Shown: positions 19,865 through 29,949, numbered from the stretch's first letter. The stretch: DNA of 64,000 bases from an uncultured bacterium (GCA_949283935.1 CASDUJ010000008.1:10957-74956); one strand, 5' to 3'. A program made the numbers and translations. The notes: a model not told the origin generated them from the sequence alone.

Positions 19865-20110
19865 AAAATGTGAAGAAAAAAATAAAATTATTCAACATGT
19901 AAATAAATTGTAGAAAATTTGTTTATTTTTTTTTGAAAATCTTTTTTTTTATTCTTTTTTTTTCTTTTTTTAACATTTTAAAAGTTATTTACATTTTTCT
20001 ACATATTTTTAACAGTTTAAAAATCAATGTATTTTTGGTTTTTCCTTTTTTTCTACAATTTTTCTTTTTTATTACTACTACTAAATATATTATTTTACAT
20101 ATATAATAGT
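19865..20110. other. Putative replication origin oriC
   Basis: Very AT-rich intergenic region upstream of dnaN-recF. It holds several degenerate DnaA-box-like 9-mers (TTTTCTACA, TTATTTACA, TTTTTAACA) and a DnaA-trio-like TACTACTAC at ~20073. Strand skew flips here. Confidence 0.7.
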
Positions 20111-20133
20111 ATTTAAGATGTGAGGAGTTTATT

Positions 20134-21264
20134 ATGGAATTTATCATTCAAAAAGATTTATTTTTAAATACATTAAGAATAGCAGAACACATTAGTTCTA
20201 CCAAAGGAATACAAATAATTTTATCAAATGTTTACATAGAAGCAACAAAAGAAAACGAAATAATATTAAAAAGTAGCGATTTAGATATAGGAGTAATACT
20301 AAAAATAAAATCAGAAGTAAAAACTCCGGGAAAAATTACACTTCCTTCAAAAAAATTAAGCGAAATTATATCAAAACTTCCAAAAGATGAAGTAACATTT
20401 GAATCATCAGAAGAAACAAATAAAGCAAAAATTACATCAGGACGTTCAAAATTTGAATTAATGGGAATAAGTGCGCTAGAATACCCTGTAATAATAAGCG
20501 AAGAAGATATAGAATCTTTTAAAAACAATATATCTTTAGAAATAAAACCTTTTATAAATGCAATAAAACAAACAGTATATGCAGCATCAACAACAGAAAA
20601 TAATAGTATTTACAATGGAGTATTTATTTCAGTAAATGAAAAAACACTGGAAATGGCAGCAACAGATGGTGCAAGGCTTTCAATGGTAATAGAGGAAATA
20701 GAAAATAAAGAAGGAAAAATATTTGAAGCAATAATTCCTTCAAGAACGCTTGCAGAATTTATAAGATTTTCTTCTGGTTGTACAGGAGAAAAAGTAGAAA
20801 TAATGAAAAAAGAAGGACAAATAATATTTAAAATAAATGAAAATATAATGATATCAAGATCAATAGAAGGACAATATCCAAAATACAAACAAATAATACC
20901 AAAAGATAACGAAAAAATTGTAATAGTATCAAGAGAAGAATTAATAAATGCCTTGGATAGAACATCTTCTATGGTAGAAGAAAAGAAAAATGTAGTAAAA
21001 TTAACATTTGAAAAAAATCAATTATCATTAGTAGTAGATAATCCTGAACTAGGAGACAGTAATGATTTTGTAGATATAGAATTTGAAGAAGAAGAACCAA
21101 TAAAAATAGCATTTAATTGCAAGTATCTTTTGGATGTTTTGAGAAATTATGAATCAGAAAAAATAAGAATAGAATTAAAGCCAAAACTTGCACCAGCTTT
21201 AATAAAGCCAGAAGATAACAAAAAATATTTAGCTTTAATAATGCCAATACAAATAAAAGAATGA
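20134..21264 (+). CDS. dnaN: DNA polymerase III beta sliding clamp
   Basis: ILSNVYI, AATDG.RL, GQYPKY..IIP, IAFN.KYLLD and LIMPI motifs; 376 aa. Confidence 0.97.
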   Translation: MEFIIQKDLFLNTLRIAEHISSTKGIQIILSNVYIEATKENEIILKSSDLDIGVILKIKSEVKTPGKITLPSKKLSEIISKLPKDEVTFESSEETNKAKITSGRSKFELMGISALEYPVIISEEDIESFKNNISLEIKPFINAIKQTVYAASTTENNSIYNGVFISVNEKTLEMAATDGARLSMVIEEIENKEGKIFEAIIPSRTLAEFIRFSSGCTGEKVEIMKKEGQIIFKINENIMISRSIEGQYPKYKQIIPKDNEKIVIVSREELINALDRTSSMVEEKKNVVKLTFEKNQLSLVVDNPELGDSNDFVDIEFEEEEPIKIAFNCKYLLDVLRNYESEKIRIELKPKLAPALIKPEDNKKYLALIMPIQIKE

Positions 21265-22352
21265 AATTAAAAGAAATATACTTATTAAATTATAGAAATT
21301 ACGAAGAATTTTATGCAAATTTTTGCAAAAATAAAACAGTAATAGTAGGAAAAAATGCCCAAGGAAAAACAAATCTTCTAGAATCTGTTAGTTATTTATC
21401 TAATTTAAAATCATTTAGAGCAAAAAATGATAAAGAAATAATAAATTTTGGAAAAGAATTTTTCAGAATAAAAGGAAAAGTTGAAAAAAATGAAACAGAG
21501 ATAATTTTAGATGTATGGGCAAATCCTCCAAAAAAGAAATTAATAAAAATAAATGATATAAAAAAAACAAAATATTCTGAATTTACTGACATATTAAAAA
21601 CAGTAAAATTTACTGTTGATGATCTTTTACTGTTAAGAGGTTCACCAAAAAACAGAAGGGAATGGTTAGATGAAGCAATATCTCAAATATATAGTGCATA
21701 TTCTGATAGGTTATCAAAATATAACAGAATAAAAGATCAAAAAAATAATTTATTAAAATCATTAAAAGGAAAAAAATCGGATTTATTAAAAATATGGAAC
21801 GAGCAAATGGTAACAACAGGTTCCAATATAGTTTATTTAAGAGAAAAATATTTGAAAGAAATAATAGAAGAAGTAAAGAAAAATCATTTTGATATAGCAG
21901 GAAAAGAAGAAGAACTTGAAATAATATACAAATCAACAATAAAAGAAGAAAAATATTGCGAAATAGATAATATAGCTAAACAATTTTCAGAAAAATTAAA
22001 AGAAAAAGAAGAAGAAGAAATAATAAGAGGAAAATCTTTGGTAGGCCCACACAGGGATGATATAATTTTTTTGATAAATGGAAAAGATGCAATATCTTTT
22101 GCATCACAAGGTCAACAAAGAACAATAGTACTGGCAATAAAATTAGCAGAAATAAATATAATAGAAAGAAAAACTTATCAAAAACCGATATTGTTGTTAG
22201 ATGATGTATTAGCAGAATTAGATAAATACAGACAAAGATTTTTATTTGAGAGAATAGAAAATGATTTGCAAGCAATAATAACAACAACGGATTTAAACAC
22301 ATTTGAAGAAGAATTTTTGAAAGAAGTAAACATAATAGAAATAAAAAAATAA
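21261..22352 (+). CDS. recF: DNA replication/repair protein RecF
   Basis: NYRNY, GKNAQGKTNLLE, GPHRDD, SQGQQR and LLLDDVLAELD motifs. Confidence 0.97.
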   Translation: MKLKEIYLLNYRNYEEFYANFCKNKTVIVGKNAQGKTNLLESVSYLSNLKSFRAKNDKEIINFGKEFFRIKGKVEKNETEIILDVWANPPKKKLIKINDIKKTKYSEFTDILKTVKFTVDDLLLLRGSPKNRREWLDEAISQIYSAYSDRLSKYNRIKDQKNNLLKSLKGKKSDLLKIWNEQMVTTGSNIVYLREKYLKEIIEEVKKNHFDIAGKEEELEIIYKSTIKEEKYCEIDNIAKQFSEKLKEKEEEEIIRGKSLVGPHRDDIIFLINGKDAISFASQGQQRTIVLAIKLAEINIIERKTYQKPILLLDDVLAELDKYRQRFLFERIENDLQAIITTTDLNTFEEEFLKEVNIIEIKK

Positions 22353-22406
22353 ACAACCCACTGAGAAGAGGATGCTTAGTTGTAAAAAAAATGTTTAAAT
22401 AAGAGA

Positions 22407-23639
22407 ATGAAAGATTATTCAAAATATTTATGTATATTTGGAGGAGGGGCAGTTAGAGGATATTCTTATTTAGGAGTTCTAAGAGCTTTTGAAGAAGAAG
22501 GATTTTGTCCGGAAAAAGTAGCAGGGTCATCCGTAGGGGCGGTAATAGCTGCTTTTTATGCTTTGGATATACCAATAAAAGAGATGGAAAAAATTTTTAT
22601 AGAAGTAAATTTTGAACTTTTTAGAGATATAAATTTTAATTTTGCTCCGGCTTTTTCAATAAGCAAAGGAAGTGTTTTTTTAGATTGGTTAAGAGAAAAT
22701 ATAGAAAAATTTTACTACAAAGAAAAATACCAAAAAGGAAAAAATAAGCCGGTATGTTTTAAAGATATAGAAAGAGATTTAATAATAGTTTCAACAGATT
22801 TAACAAATGCTGTTCCTTTTATTTTTTCAAAAGAAAAAACACCAAATTATGAAATAGCAATGGCGATAAGAGCATCAGCAAGCTTACCAGGACTTTTATC
22901 TCCTGTTAAATACGAAGAAAAATTGTTAACAGATGGAGATTTAATGAAAAGCAATCCTCTTTGGAGATTAGATAAAGAACTCTGTCCAGAAGATTTAAGG
23001 ATATTAGAATTAAGGTTAGAAGGAATAAAAAAAGAAAACACAATAAAAAATTTTTTTGATTATTTAAACACAATATATAGTTGTGTAACAAATTACTCTA
23101 CAGATTACATAATAGATATGTACGGAAAAAAAGATAAATTTGATTACATAAAAATAGATACAAAAGATTTATTGTTGGTAAATTTTAATATAAAAGATGA
23201 AACAAAAGAAAAATTAGCATTTCTTGGATACAACGAAGCAATAAAATTTTTTAGAGAAAAATTACCTGAAAAAAGAAAAAATTTATTAAATCAATATAAA
23301 ATTTTATTAGAAAAAACAATAGAAATGGAAGAAAATATAAAAAAAGAAGAAATAAGAAAAGCGAAAATAAAGATAGGAGAAATATTTACGATACTAGCAG
23401 ATATAAAAAGAACAATAGATAGTAAATATCATAAAAAAATGAAAAAATTTAGAAATTTGTTTTTTGATAATATAAAAAAGACTTTTTTATTTAAAGAAAA
23501 ACTAAAAGAAAAAAATAAAGTAGAAGAAGAAATAAAAAAAATAAAAAGAAGTTTAGAAGAAAAATGTAAAGAATTAGAAAAAAATAGCACAGGACAGAAT
23601 CGAACTGTCGACCTCACGGGTATGAGCCGTGCGCTCTAA
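22407..23639 (+). CDS. Patatin-like phospholipase
   Basis: GGGAVRG, GSSVG (GxSxG) and DGD motifs. The 3' end overlaps the tRNA on the opposite strand. Confidence 0.88.
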   Translation: MKDYSKYLCIFGGGAVRGYSYLGVLRAFEEEGFCPEKVAGSSVGAVIAAFYALDIPIKEMEKIFIEVNFELFRDINFNFAPAFSISKGSVFLDWLRENIEKFYYKEKYQKGKNKPVCFKDIERDLIIVSTDLTNAVPFIFSKEKTPNYEIAMAIRASASLPGLLSPVKYEEKLLTDGDLMKSNPLWRLDKELCPEDLRILELRLEGIKKENTIKNFFDYLNTIYSCVTNYSTDYIIDMYGKKDKFDYIKIDTKDLLLVNFNIKDETKEKLAFLGYNEAIKFFREKLPEKRKNLLNQYKILLEKTIEMEENIKKEEIRKAKIKIGEIFTILADIKRTIDSKYHKKMKKFRNLFFDNIKKTFLFKEKLKEKNKVEEEIKKIKRSLEEKCKELEKNSTGQNRTVDLTGMSRAL

Positions 23640-23658
23640 CCATCTGAGCTACTGTGCC
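23585..23658 (-). tRNA. tRNA-Met (CAT), probably elongator; CCA not encoded
   Basis: Reverse complement GGCACAG TAGCTCAGATGGTTAGAGC G CACGG CTCATAC CCGTG AGGTC GACAG TTCGATT CTGTC CTGTGCT A folds into a full cloverleaf. It lacks the three initiator G-C pairs; Ile2 is not fully excluded. Confidence 0.93.
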
Positions 23659-23720
23659 ATATTCTTTTATAATTATTCAATGCTGATAAAAATTTTTCAA
23701 GTAAAAACTAAAAAGAAAAA

Positions 23721-25487
23721 CTACATAGATTCAGGAGCACTTACTCCTAACAAATCAAAAGAATTTTTAAGAACAATTTTTATTGCAACAATTAAAGCAA
23801 TTCTTGATTTAGTTAAATCTTTATTTTGAGTAATAATTCTTACATTACTATAAAATTTGTGAAAATCTGAAGCTAAATCTTGCATATATTTAGCAATCAT
23901 ATAAGGAGCTCTATTTTTTACTGCAGAAAGAACTAAATCTTCAAAGTTATCAAGCATTTGAATAATATTTTTTGTAGAAATAATTTCGTTTTCATCGCAA
24001 TTCCAAAGATTATTTATATTAATATTTTCTATGTTTGAAGTAATTTTGTTTATTTCTGTTTGAGTAAATAATGGGGGTAAGGTATTTTTGTTAGTAATAT
24101 CAAGTCTGGGTTTTGTTAAATTTCTTAAAATACTACAAGCTCTAGCATTTGCATATTGAACGTAAAAAACAGGATTTTCATCAGCTTTTGATTTTGCCAA
24201 ATCAACGTCAAAATCCAAAGTAGTATTTATATCTCTCATAATCATCCAAAATCTAGTAGCATCAACGCCAACTTCATCAACCAGTTCTTCTAAAGTAATC
24301 ATTTTTTTTCTTTTTCCCATTCTAACTTGTTCATTGTTTATTATTAAATTTACAAGTTGACCTAAAAGAACTTCTAAAGAATTTTTATCATAACCAAAAG
24401 CTTCAATAGCAGCTTTTATTCTAGGTACATATCCATGATGATCTGCTCCCCAAATATTTATAAGTTTGTCAAAGCCTCTTTTGAGTTTGTCTATGTGATA
24501 AGCAATATCTGCGCTGAGATAAGTATATGTTCCGTCTTTTTTTATTAAAACTCTATCTTTTTCATCTTCAAAAGAACTGGATTTAAACCACAATGCATTA
24601 TCTTCTTTATAAGTATTTCCTGTTTTTTCTAATTCTTCAAGACAATTTATAACTTTTCCTGATTTATGAAGAGTTGTTTCAGAAAAATAGCTATCAAAAG
24701 AAACATTCAATTTATTCAAAAGATTTCTTTGTTCTTGTTCCATTTTGTTTTTAGCAAAATCAGACAATAAACTTTTTGTTTCATTATCAAAATTTTTGTT
24801 ATTTTTTATTTGCTGACTTTCTTTTGGTTTTTCTTCTATAAATTCTTTTGCCGTTTTTATTAAATATTCTCCGGTATAAAAATTTTTAATATCATTTTCA
24901 TCACTAGGAAAATTTATATTTTCTCCTAATTCTTGTAAAACTCTAATAAATAAAGAATGAGCAAGATTATTTATTTGATTACCTGCATCATTTATATAAA
25001 ATTCTTGTGTTACAACATATCCAGATTTTTTTAAAAGATTAGCCAAAGCGCTACCCATAGCGGCCCATCTACCATGTCCAATATGCAAAGGACCAGTAGG
25101 ATTAGCACTAACATATTCTAAGAGAACTTTTTGATTTTTACCAAAATTATTTGAACCGAAATTTTCTTTTTTATTTAATATGTTTTCTAAAGCTTTATTA
25201 TAAAAAGAATTATTTAATTTAAAATTAACAAAGCAGCCGACAATATGTACTTCAAAATCTTTAGATACTAAAGCATTTTGAAGTTCTTGGGCAAGTATAA
25301 CAGGATTTATTTTTGCTATTTTTGCATAAGGAGCTACATTAATAGAAAAATCACCAAAATTAGAATTTTTAGGTTTTTCAATAATTATAGAAATATCATT
25401 TATTGATTTTATATTTCCTAATTTATTTTCTTGAATTTTTTTGTTTATAGCTTCTTCTATTATTTTTCTTAATTGTTCTTTTAGCAT
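23721..25487 (-). CDS. argS: Arginine--tRNA ligase
   Basis: EYVSANPTGPLHIGHGR, WGADHHGY, NPVFYVQYA and GVSAPESM motifs. Confidence 0.98.
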   Translation of the reverse strand: MLKEQLRKIIEEAINKKIQENKLGNIKSINDISIIIEKPKNSNFGDFSINVAPYAKIAKINPVILAQELQNALVSKDFEVHIVGCFVNFKLNNSFYNKALENILNKKENFGSNNFGKNQKVLLEYVSANPTGPLHIGHGRWAAMGSALANLLKKSGYVVTQEFYINDAGNQINNLAHSLFIRVLQELGENINFPSDENDIKNFYTGEYLIKTAKEFIEEKPKESQQIKNNKNFDNETKSLLSDFAKNKMEQEQRNLLNKLNVSFDSYFSETTLHKSGKVINCLEELEKTGNTYKEDNALWFKSSSFEDEKDRVLIKKDGTYTYLSADIAYHIDKLKRGFDKLINIWGADHHGYVPRIKAAIEAFGYDKNSLEVLLGQLVNLIINNEQVRMGKRKKMITLEELVDEVGVDATRFWMIMRDINTTLDFDVDLAKSKADENPVFYVQYANARACSILRNLTKPRLDITNKNTLPPLFTQTEINKITSNIENININNLWNCDENEIISTKNIIQMLDNFEDLVLSAVKNRAPYMIAKYMQDLASDFHKFYSNVRIITQNKDLTKSRIALIVAIKIVLKNSFDLLGVSAPESM

Positions 25488-25496
25488 TTTTATTCC

Positions 25497-26306
25497 CTAC
25501 AAACTATTTAAATTTAAAAGCAACATTCTTGCTCTATCTAATACTTGTCTTCTAAAACCTTCTATATTGTTTATTTCAAAATCCAATTTTATTTTTATTT
25601 CTGGTTCTAAAATAGGATTTTTTATAGGATCTTGAACTATTCTGTCTGCTACATAGATAATACCGGCAGATGTTCTAAATTCACTAAATTGAGGTTTATG
25701 GTGATGTCTCATAACAGAAACAATTTGTTTAGGAAGTTGCCATCTATTCCCCAAAATATACCCTACTTCTGTATGATCAAAACCAAAAACCATTTTTTCT
25801 GCCATTAATATATCTGCACCACTTTTAGTTAGTCTTATAGCTTCATATGCTTGTTTTCTATTATATAATTCAAAAACAATTTTTCCTAAATCATGCATAA
25901 GTCCTTGGGCAAAAAAATCATCACTATCGCTTCTTCCTAATTTTTTTGCGATAGTTTCTGCGGCAACAGCAGTATTAATTGCATGTTCCCAAAGATCCTT
26001 GCCTCCTTGGGTTGTCATCATAGGTTTCATTGCGCAAGAAAGAATTATACTTTTTACTTCATTAAAACCTAACAAAGTTATAGATTGACCAACGGTTTGA
26101 ATATTTTGAGATAAACCAAAATAAGGAGAATTTACTATTTTAAGTAATTCTGCAGTAATTGCATGATCATTTTCAATAGTTTTTGCCAAATCTCTGGCGC
26201 CAGAATTAGGATCTTTTATTACACTTAAAGCCTTTGTAACAACATTAGGCATTGCAGGTAATTCTCTTAAAGAATTTATAACTCTTTTTATATCATCTAC
26301 AGACAT
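25497..26306 (-). CDS. HDOD domain protein
   Basis: LPAMP, D.AITAELLKIVNSPYFG, HDLGK, DHTEVG and W.LP motifs. Confidence 0.92.
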   Translation of the reverse strand: MSVDDIKRVINSLRELPAMPNVVTKALSVIKDPNSGARDLAKTIENDHAITAELLKIVNSPYFGLSQNIQTVGQSITLLGFNEVKSIILSCAMKPMMTTQGGKDLWEHAINTAVAAETIAKKLGRSDSDDFFAQGLMHDLGKIVFELYNRKQAYEAIRLTKSGADILMAEKMVFGFDHTEVGYILGNRWQLPKQIVSVMRHHHKPQFSEFRTSAGIIYVADRIVQDPIKNPILEPEIKIKLDFEINNIEGFRRQVLDRARMLLLNLNSL

Positions 26307-26425
26307 TCTTAATCCTTTCTTTTATATTTTACACTGATAAATCTATATTTGCTACAATTTTGTAAAAAGAAAAAAGAGTTTGTATAAATATTGTCAGTTT
26401 TTAAATAGTAGTATAAACTTTTTAT

Positions 26426-26758
26426 ATGAAAAAATTTGTTTTTATTTCATTTGTTTTTTTATTTTTTCTTCTAGTTTTGTTTTGCTCTCAAAATATTTCG
26501 AAAGAAAAAAATTTTTTTAACGAAAAAATAAACAATAATATAGAAACAACTTCTTATAAACATTTTAATGTTCCTCAAACAAAGATATTAAATAGATTTT
26601 TATCCAAAAAACAATTAAAACAAAATACTTATCCACATTTCTTTTTACAAGAAATAAAAAATATAAAATTTCCAAAATATTTAAAAATATTTTGGAATAT
26701 ATTTGTGTATAAAAAATTTTGCGAAATAAATTTTTATTTAACTCCAAGAGCTCCTTAA
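26426..26758 (+). CDS. Membrane-anchored small protein ending in RAP (arrest-peptide-like)
   Basis: N-terminal hydrophobic segment; C-terminus EINFYLTPRAP-stop. Confidence 0.55.
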   Translation: MKKFVFISFVFLFFLLVLFCSQNISKEKNFFNEKINNNIETTSYKHFNVPQTKILNRFLSKKQLKQNTYPHFFLQEIKNIKFPKYLKIFWNIFVYKKFCEINFYLTPRAP

Positions 26759-26804
26759 GTTTTGATAAAGGAAAAAAGTAAAAAGGAGAAAAAAGAGGTG
26801 TAAA

Positions 26805-26933
26805 ATGAAAACAAAAAATACAAAAGAAAACACTATAAAGTATAAACACGATCATAGTGAATTATTTAATATGTTAATTTTATCAATTGTTTTAATAGCA
26901 ATTCTTGTTGGTTTAAATTTTTGGTTAAACTAA
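26805..26933 (+). CDS. Unannotated 42-aa small membrane protein
   Basis: GAGGTG RBS; MKTKNTKENTIKYKHDHSELFNMLILSIVLIAILVGLNFWLN with a single C-terminal TM helix. Confidence 0.6.
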   Translation: MKTKNTKENTIKYKHDHSELFNMLILSIVLIAILVGLNFWLN

Positions 26934-28615
26934 AAATTTTCTAAATCAATATTTTCATTAGAAGAGCCCATTTCTTTTAAAATATAATTTGAAAGAGAGC
27001 GGGCTACTTCTTTTTCTCCAGAAAAAACAACATCAACACCTTTTTCTTTTAATTTTTCAGCTTCTTTTGAATAAGAAGTATGAATTAAAATTTTAACTTT
27101 AGGATTTAAAGACCGAGCAACTTCTACAATATCTTTAGCAGGTGCTGCAGCAGAAGAAATCACCAAAGCAGAAGCACATTCTATACCAGAATACGAAAGA
27201 ATTTCTCTTTGGCTAGCATCTCCATGAACAGCAAATAATCCTGTAATATTATTTTTGTGTATTTCTCTAACTGTTTTTATGTTCATTTCAATTACAATTA
27301 CATCTGCTCCATTTTTAAGCATAATAGGAGCAATAGTCCTTCCGACAGGACCAAAACCAACTAAAATTACACTATCTTTTTCTAAATTACAAACAGGAAC
27401 AATTTCTGTTTCACTATGTTTTATATTTCCAATATTTTTACTTTTTAAAAATTTTGTAAAAGGATTTATTGTTTTAAATAATAAACCATTTATTGTTATA
27501 GAAATTAAAGCAGCAACAATAATAGGATTAGCAAATTCTTCAGGTAAAACTTTTAAAGATATTCCAAGAGCAATTAAAATAAAAGAAAATTCTCCAATTT
27601 GTGCAAGAACTATTCCAACACTTAATGCTTTTTTCAAAGATTGTTTCATAAGAAGAACAACAGAAAAAGCAATTAACGGTTTGATAATTAACACAATAAA
27701 AAGAGTTAAAAAAATAAGACTCAAATCTCCTTTTATAGTAAAGGGATTAAACATCATTCCAACTGAAACAAAAAATAAAACAGCAAAAGCATCCCTCATT
27801 GGTAGAGCTTCGGATGCAGCTCTAGCGCTAAATTCCGATTGCCCAATAACCATTCCTGCAAGAAAAGCTCCCAAAGCCATTGAAGCTCCAAAAAAAACAG
27901 ACGCACCCAAAGAAATGCCCAGAGCTAAAACTAACACGGCAAGAGTAAACAAATCCCTTGTTCCTGTTTTTGCAATATAATTCAAAATCCAAGGTAAAAT
28001 TTTTTGACCAATATAAAGAGTAAAAAATACTAAAAGTAAAAGTTTTAAAAGAGTTATTCCCAAAACAGCAAAAAAATTTTGATTAGCAGAATTAGAAAAA
28101 ATAGCAGGAAGTAAAACTAAAACTAAAATTGTAAATAAATCTTCGACAACCAACCAGCCAACGGCTGTGTGACCGGTTGGAGTATGTAAAGCTTTATTGT
28201 CCGATAAAATTCTCATTAAAACAACAGTACTTGCAACAGAAAGAGATATTCCATAAACCCAACCTGCATTAAAAGAGAAACCCAAGAAATAATGCAAAAA
28301 TAAAAAGCCCGCAAGACTGGTAAAAATTATTTGGGTAATAGCACCAAAAACAGCTACATTTTTAACAGCTATCAAATCTTTTAAGTGAAATTTTAAACCC
28401 ACGCCAAACATTAAAAGAATAACACCAATTTCTGCAAATTGATAAGCTACATCAATATTTGCTGTAAAAATAGGCGTATACGGTCCCACTAAAATTCCAG
28501 CTAAAAGATACCCAACAATTGGAGAAAATTTAAATTTCTGAGCAATAAAGCCCAAAACTAAGGCAAAAGTAAGACACAAAGATAAAGTAATCAATAAATC
28601 AATGCTATGATTCAT
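26930..28615 (-). CDS. CPA2-family cation:proton antiporter with a TrkA-N domain (YbaL/RosB-like)
   Basis: AEIGVILLMFGVGL, GWLVVED, RDAFAVLFFVSVGM, QIGEFSF and GFGPVG motifs. Confidence 0.93.
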   Translation of the reverse strand: MNHSIDLLITLSLCLTFALVLGFIAQKFKFSPIVGYLLAGILVGPYTPIFTANIDVAYQFAEIGVILLMFGVGLKFHLKDLIAVKNVAVFGAITQIIFTSLAGFLFLHYFLGFSFNAGWVYGISLSVASTVVLMRILSDNKALHTPTGHTAVGWLVVEDLFTILVLVLLPAIFSNSANQNFFAVLGITLLKLLLLVFFTLYIGQKILPWILNYIAKTGTRDLFTLAVLVLALGISLGASVFFGASMALGAFLAGMVIGQSEFSARAASEALPMRDAFAVLFFVSVGMMFNPFTIKGDLSLIFLTLFIVLIIKPLIAFSVVLLMKQSLKKALSVGIVLAQIGEFSFILIALGISLKVLPEEFANPIIVAALISITINGLLFKTINPFTKFLKSKNIGNIKHSETEIVPVCNLEKDSVILVGFGPVGRTIAPIMLKNGADVIVIEMNIKTVREIHKNNITGLFAVHGDASQREILSYSGIECASALVISSAAAPAKDIVEVARSLNPKVKILIHTSYSKEAEKLKEKGVDVVFSGEKEVARSLSNYILKEMGSSNENIDLENF

Positions 28616-28670
28616 AAAAAAATTATATTACATAAAACAAAACTTATGCAATATACATCTAAAAACTATA

Positions 28671-29930
28671 TCACGAAAAATGTTTAAAAATTAAAGAGAC
28701 ATTTTGACCGCCAAACCCAAAAGAATTGGACATAACTACGTTTAAATTTGCCTTTTGTGCTTGGTTAGGAACCAAATTCATTCCCTCAGGGATTTCATCA
28801 TCGGGATTATCAAGATTTATTGTAGGAGGAATTATTCCGTTCTCCATAGCTTTTATACTTGCAATAGCTTCAACTCCGCCTGCTGCACCAAGCATGTGTC
28901 CGTGCATACTTTTAGTAGAACTTAAGGCCAATCCATTTGTGGCATAATTACCAAATACTTTAACAACTCCATTTATTTCTGCTATGTCTCCTGTTGGAGT
29001 ACTTGTTCCGTGAGTATTTATATAGTTTACATCTTCTGGTATTAAATTTGCGTCGTTAAGAGCATTTTGCATTGCTCTTGCAGCTCCTTCTCCATCAGGA
29101 GATGGAGCGACCATATCATAGGCATCACAACTGGTTCCATAACCAACAAGTTCACAATATATTTTTGCTCCACGTTTTTTGGCATGTTCTAGTTCTTCTA
29201 AAATTATTACGCCAGCACCTTCAGACATTACAAAACCATCTCTGTCTTTGTCATAAGGTCTACTAGCTTTTTGGGGTTCATCATTTCTTTTAGAAAGGGT
29301 TCTGGCTGCTCCAAAAGCTCCAATACCTATGTCACATATTGCTGCTTCTGTTCCACCTGTTATCATAACATCTGCATCACCATACAAAATTGTACGATAA
29401 GATTCTCCTATAGAATGTCCTCCTGTAGCACAAGCACTAACGATTGCCATATTAGGTCCTTTTGCGTTGTGTTTAATGGCAATAAGTCCTGAGGACATAT
29501 TTACTATCATCATAGGAACAGTAAAAGGACTACATTTTATAGGTCCTTTTTCAAGAATTGCTTTGTGATTTTTTTGTATAGAAATTAATCCCCCTGAACC
29601 AGAACTTACAAAAACTCCCAAACGAAAAGGACTTGTATTGTCTTGTGTTATTTTCGCATCATTTATTGCTTCCATAGCTGCAATCAAAGCAAATTGTGCC
29701 GAACGATCTATTCTTTTAATTTCTTTAGGATCAAGATATTTTGTTGGATCAAATTCTGAAAATTCTCCGCAAAGTTTTGTAGGATTTATTTCATAATTGT
29801 ACAACACGGAAGTATTTTTGATGCAACTATTACCATTTTTAATATTGTTCCAAAAAGTTTCGACACCGACTCCATAAGGAGTTACGGTGCCTAAACCTGT
29901 TACAACAACTCTTTTAGACTTATTGTACAT
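28671..29930 (-). CDS. fabF: Beta-ketoacyl-ACP synthase II
   Basis: SACATG, HGTST, KSMHGHMLGAAG and NSFGFGG motifs. Confidence 0.97.
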   Translation of the reverse strand: MYNKSKRVVVTGLGTVTPYGVGVETFWNNIKNGNSCIKNTSVLYNYEINPTKLCGEFSEFDPTKYLDPKEIKRIDRSAQFALIAAMEAINDAKITQDNTSPFRLGVFVSSGSGGLISIQKNHKAILEKGPIKCSPFTVPMMIVNMSSGLIAIKHNAKGPNMAIVSACATGGHSIGESYRTILYGDADVMITGGTEAAICDIGIGAFGAARTLSKRNDEPQKASRPYDKDRDGFVMSEGAGVIILEELEHAKKRGAKIYCELVGYGTSCDAYDMVAPSPDGEGAARAMQNALNDANLIPEDVNYINTHGTSTPTGDIAEINGVVKVFGNYATNGLALSSTKSMHGHMLGAAGGVEAIASIKAMENGIIPPTINLDNPDDEIPEGMNLVPNQAQKANLNVVMSNSFGFGGQNVSLIFKHFS

Positions 29931-29949
29931 AAATGTTCCTTAAAACAAA

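Noticed and set aside
23585-23720. tRNA-anchored genomic island or prophage
   Set aside because: No integrase and no duplicated tRNA 3' end seen; the flanks are housekeeping genes.
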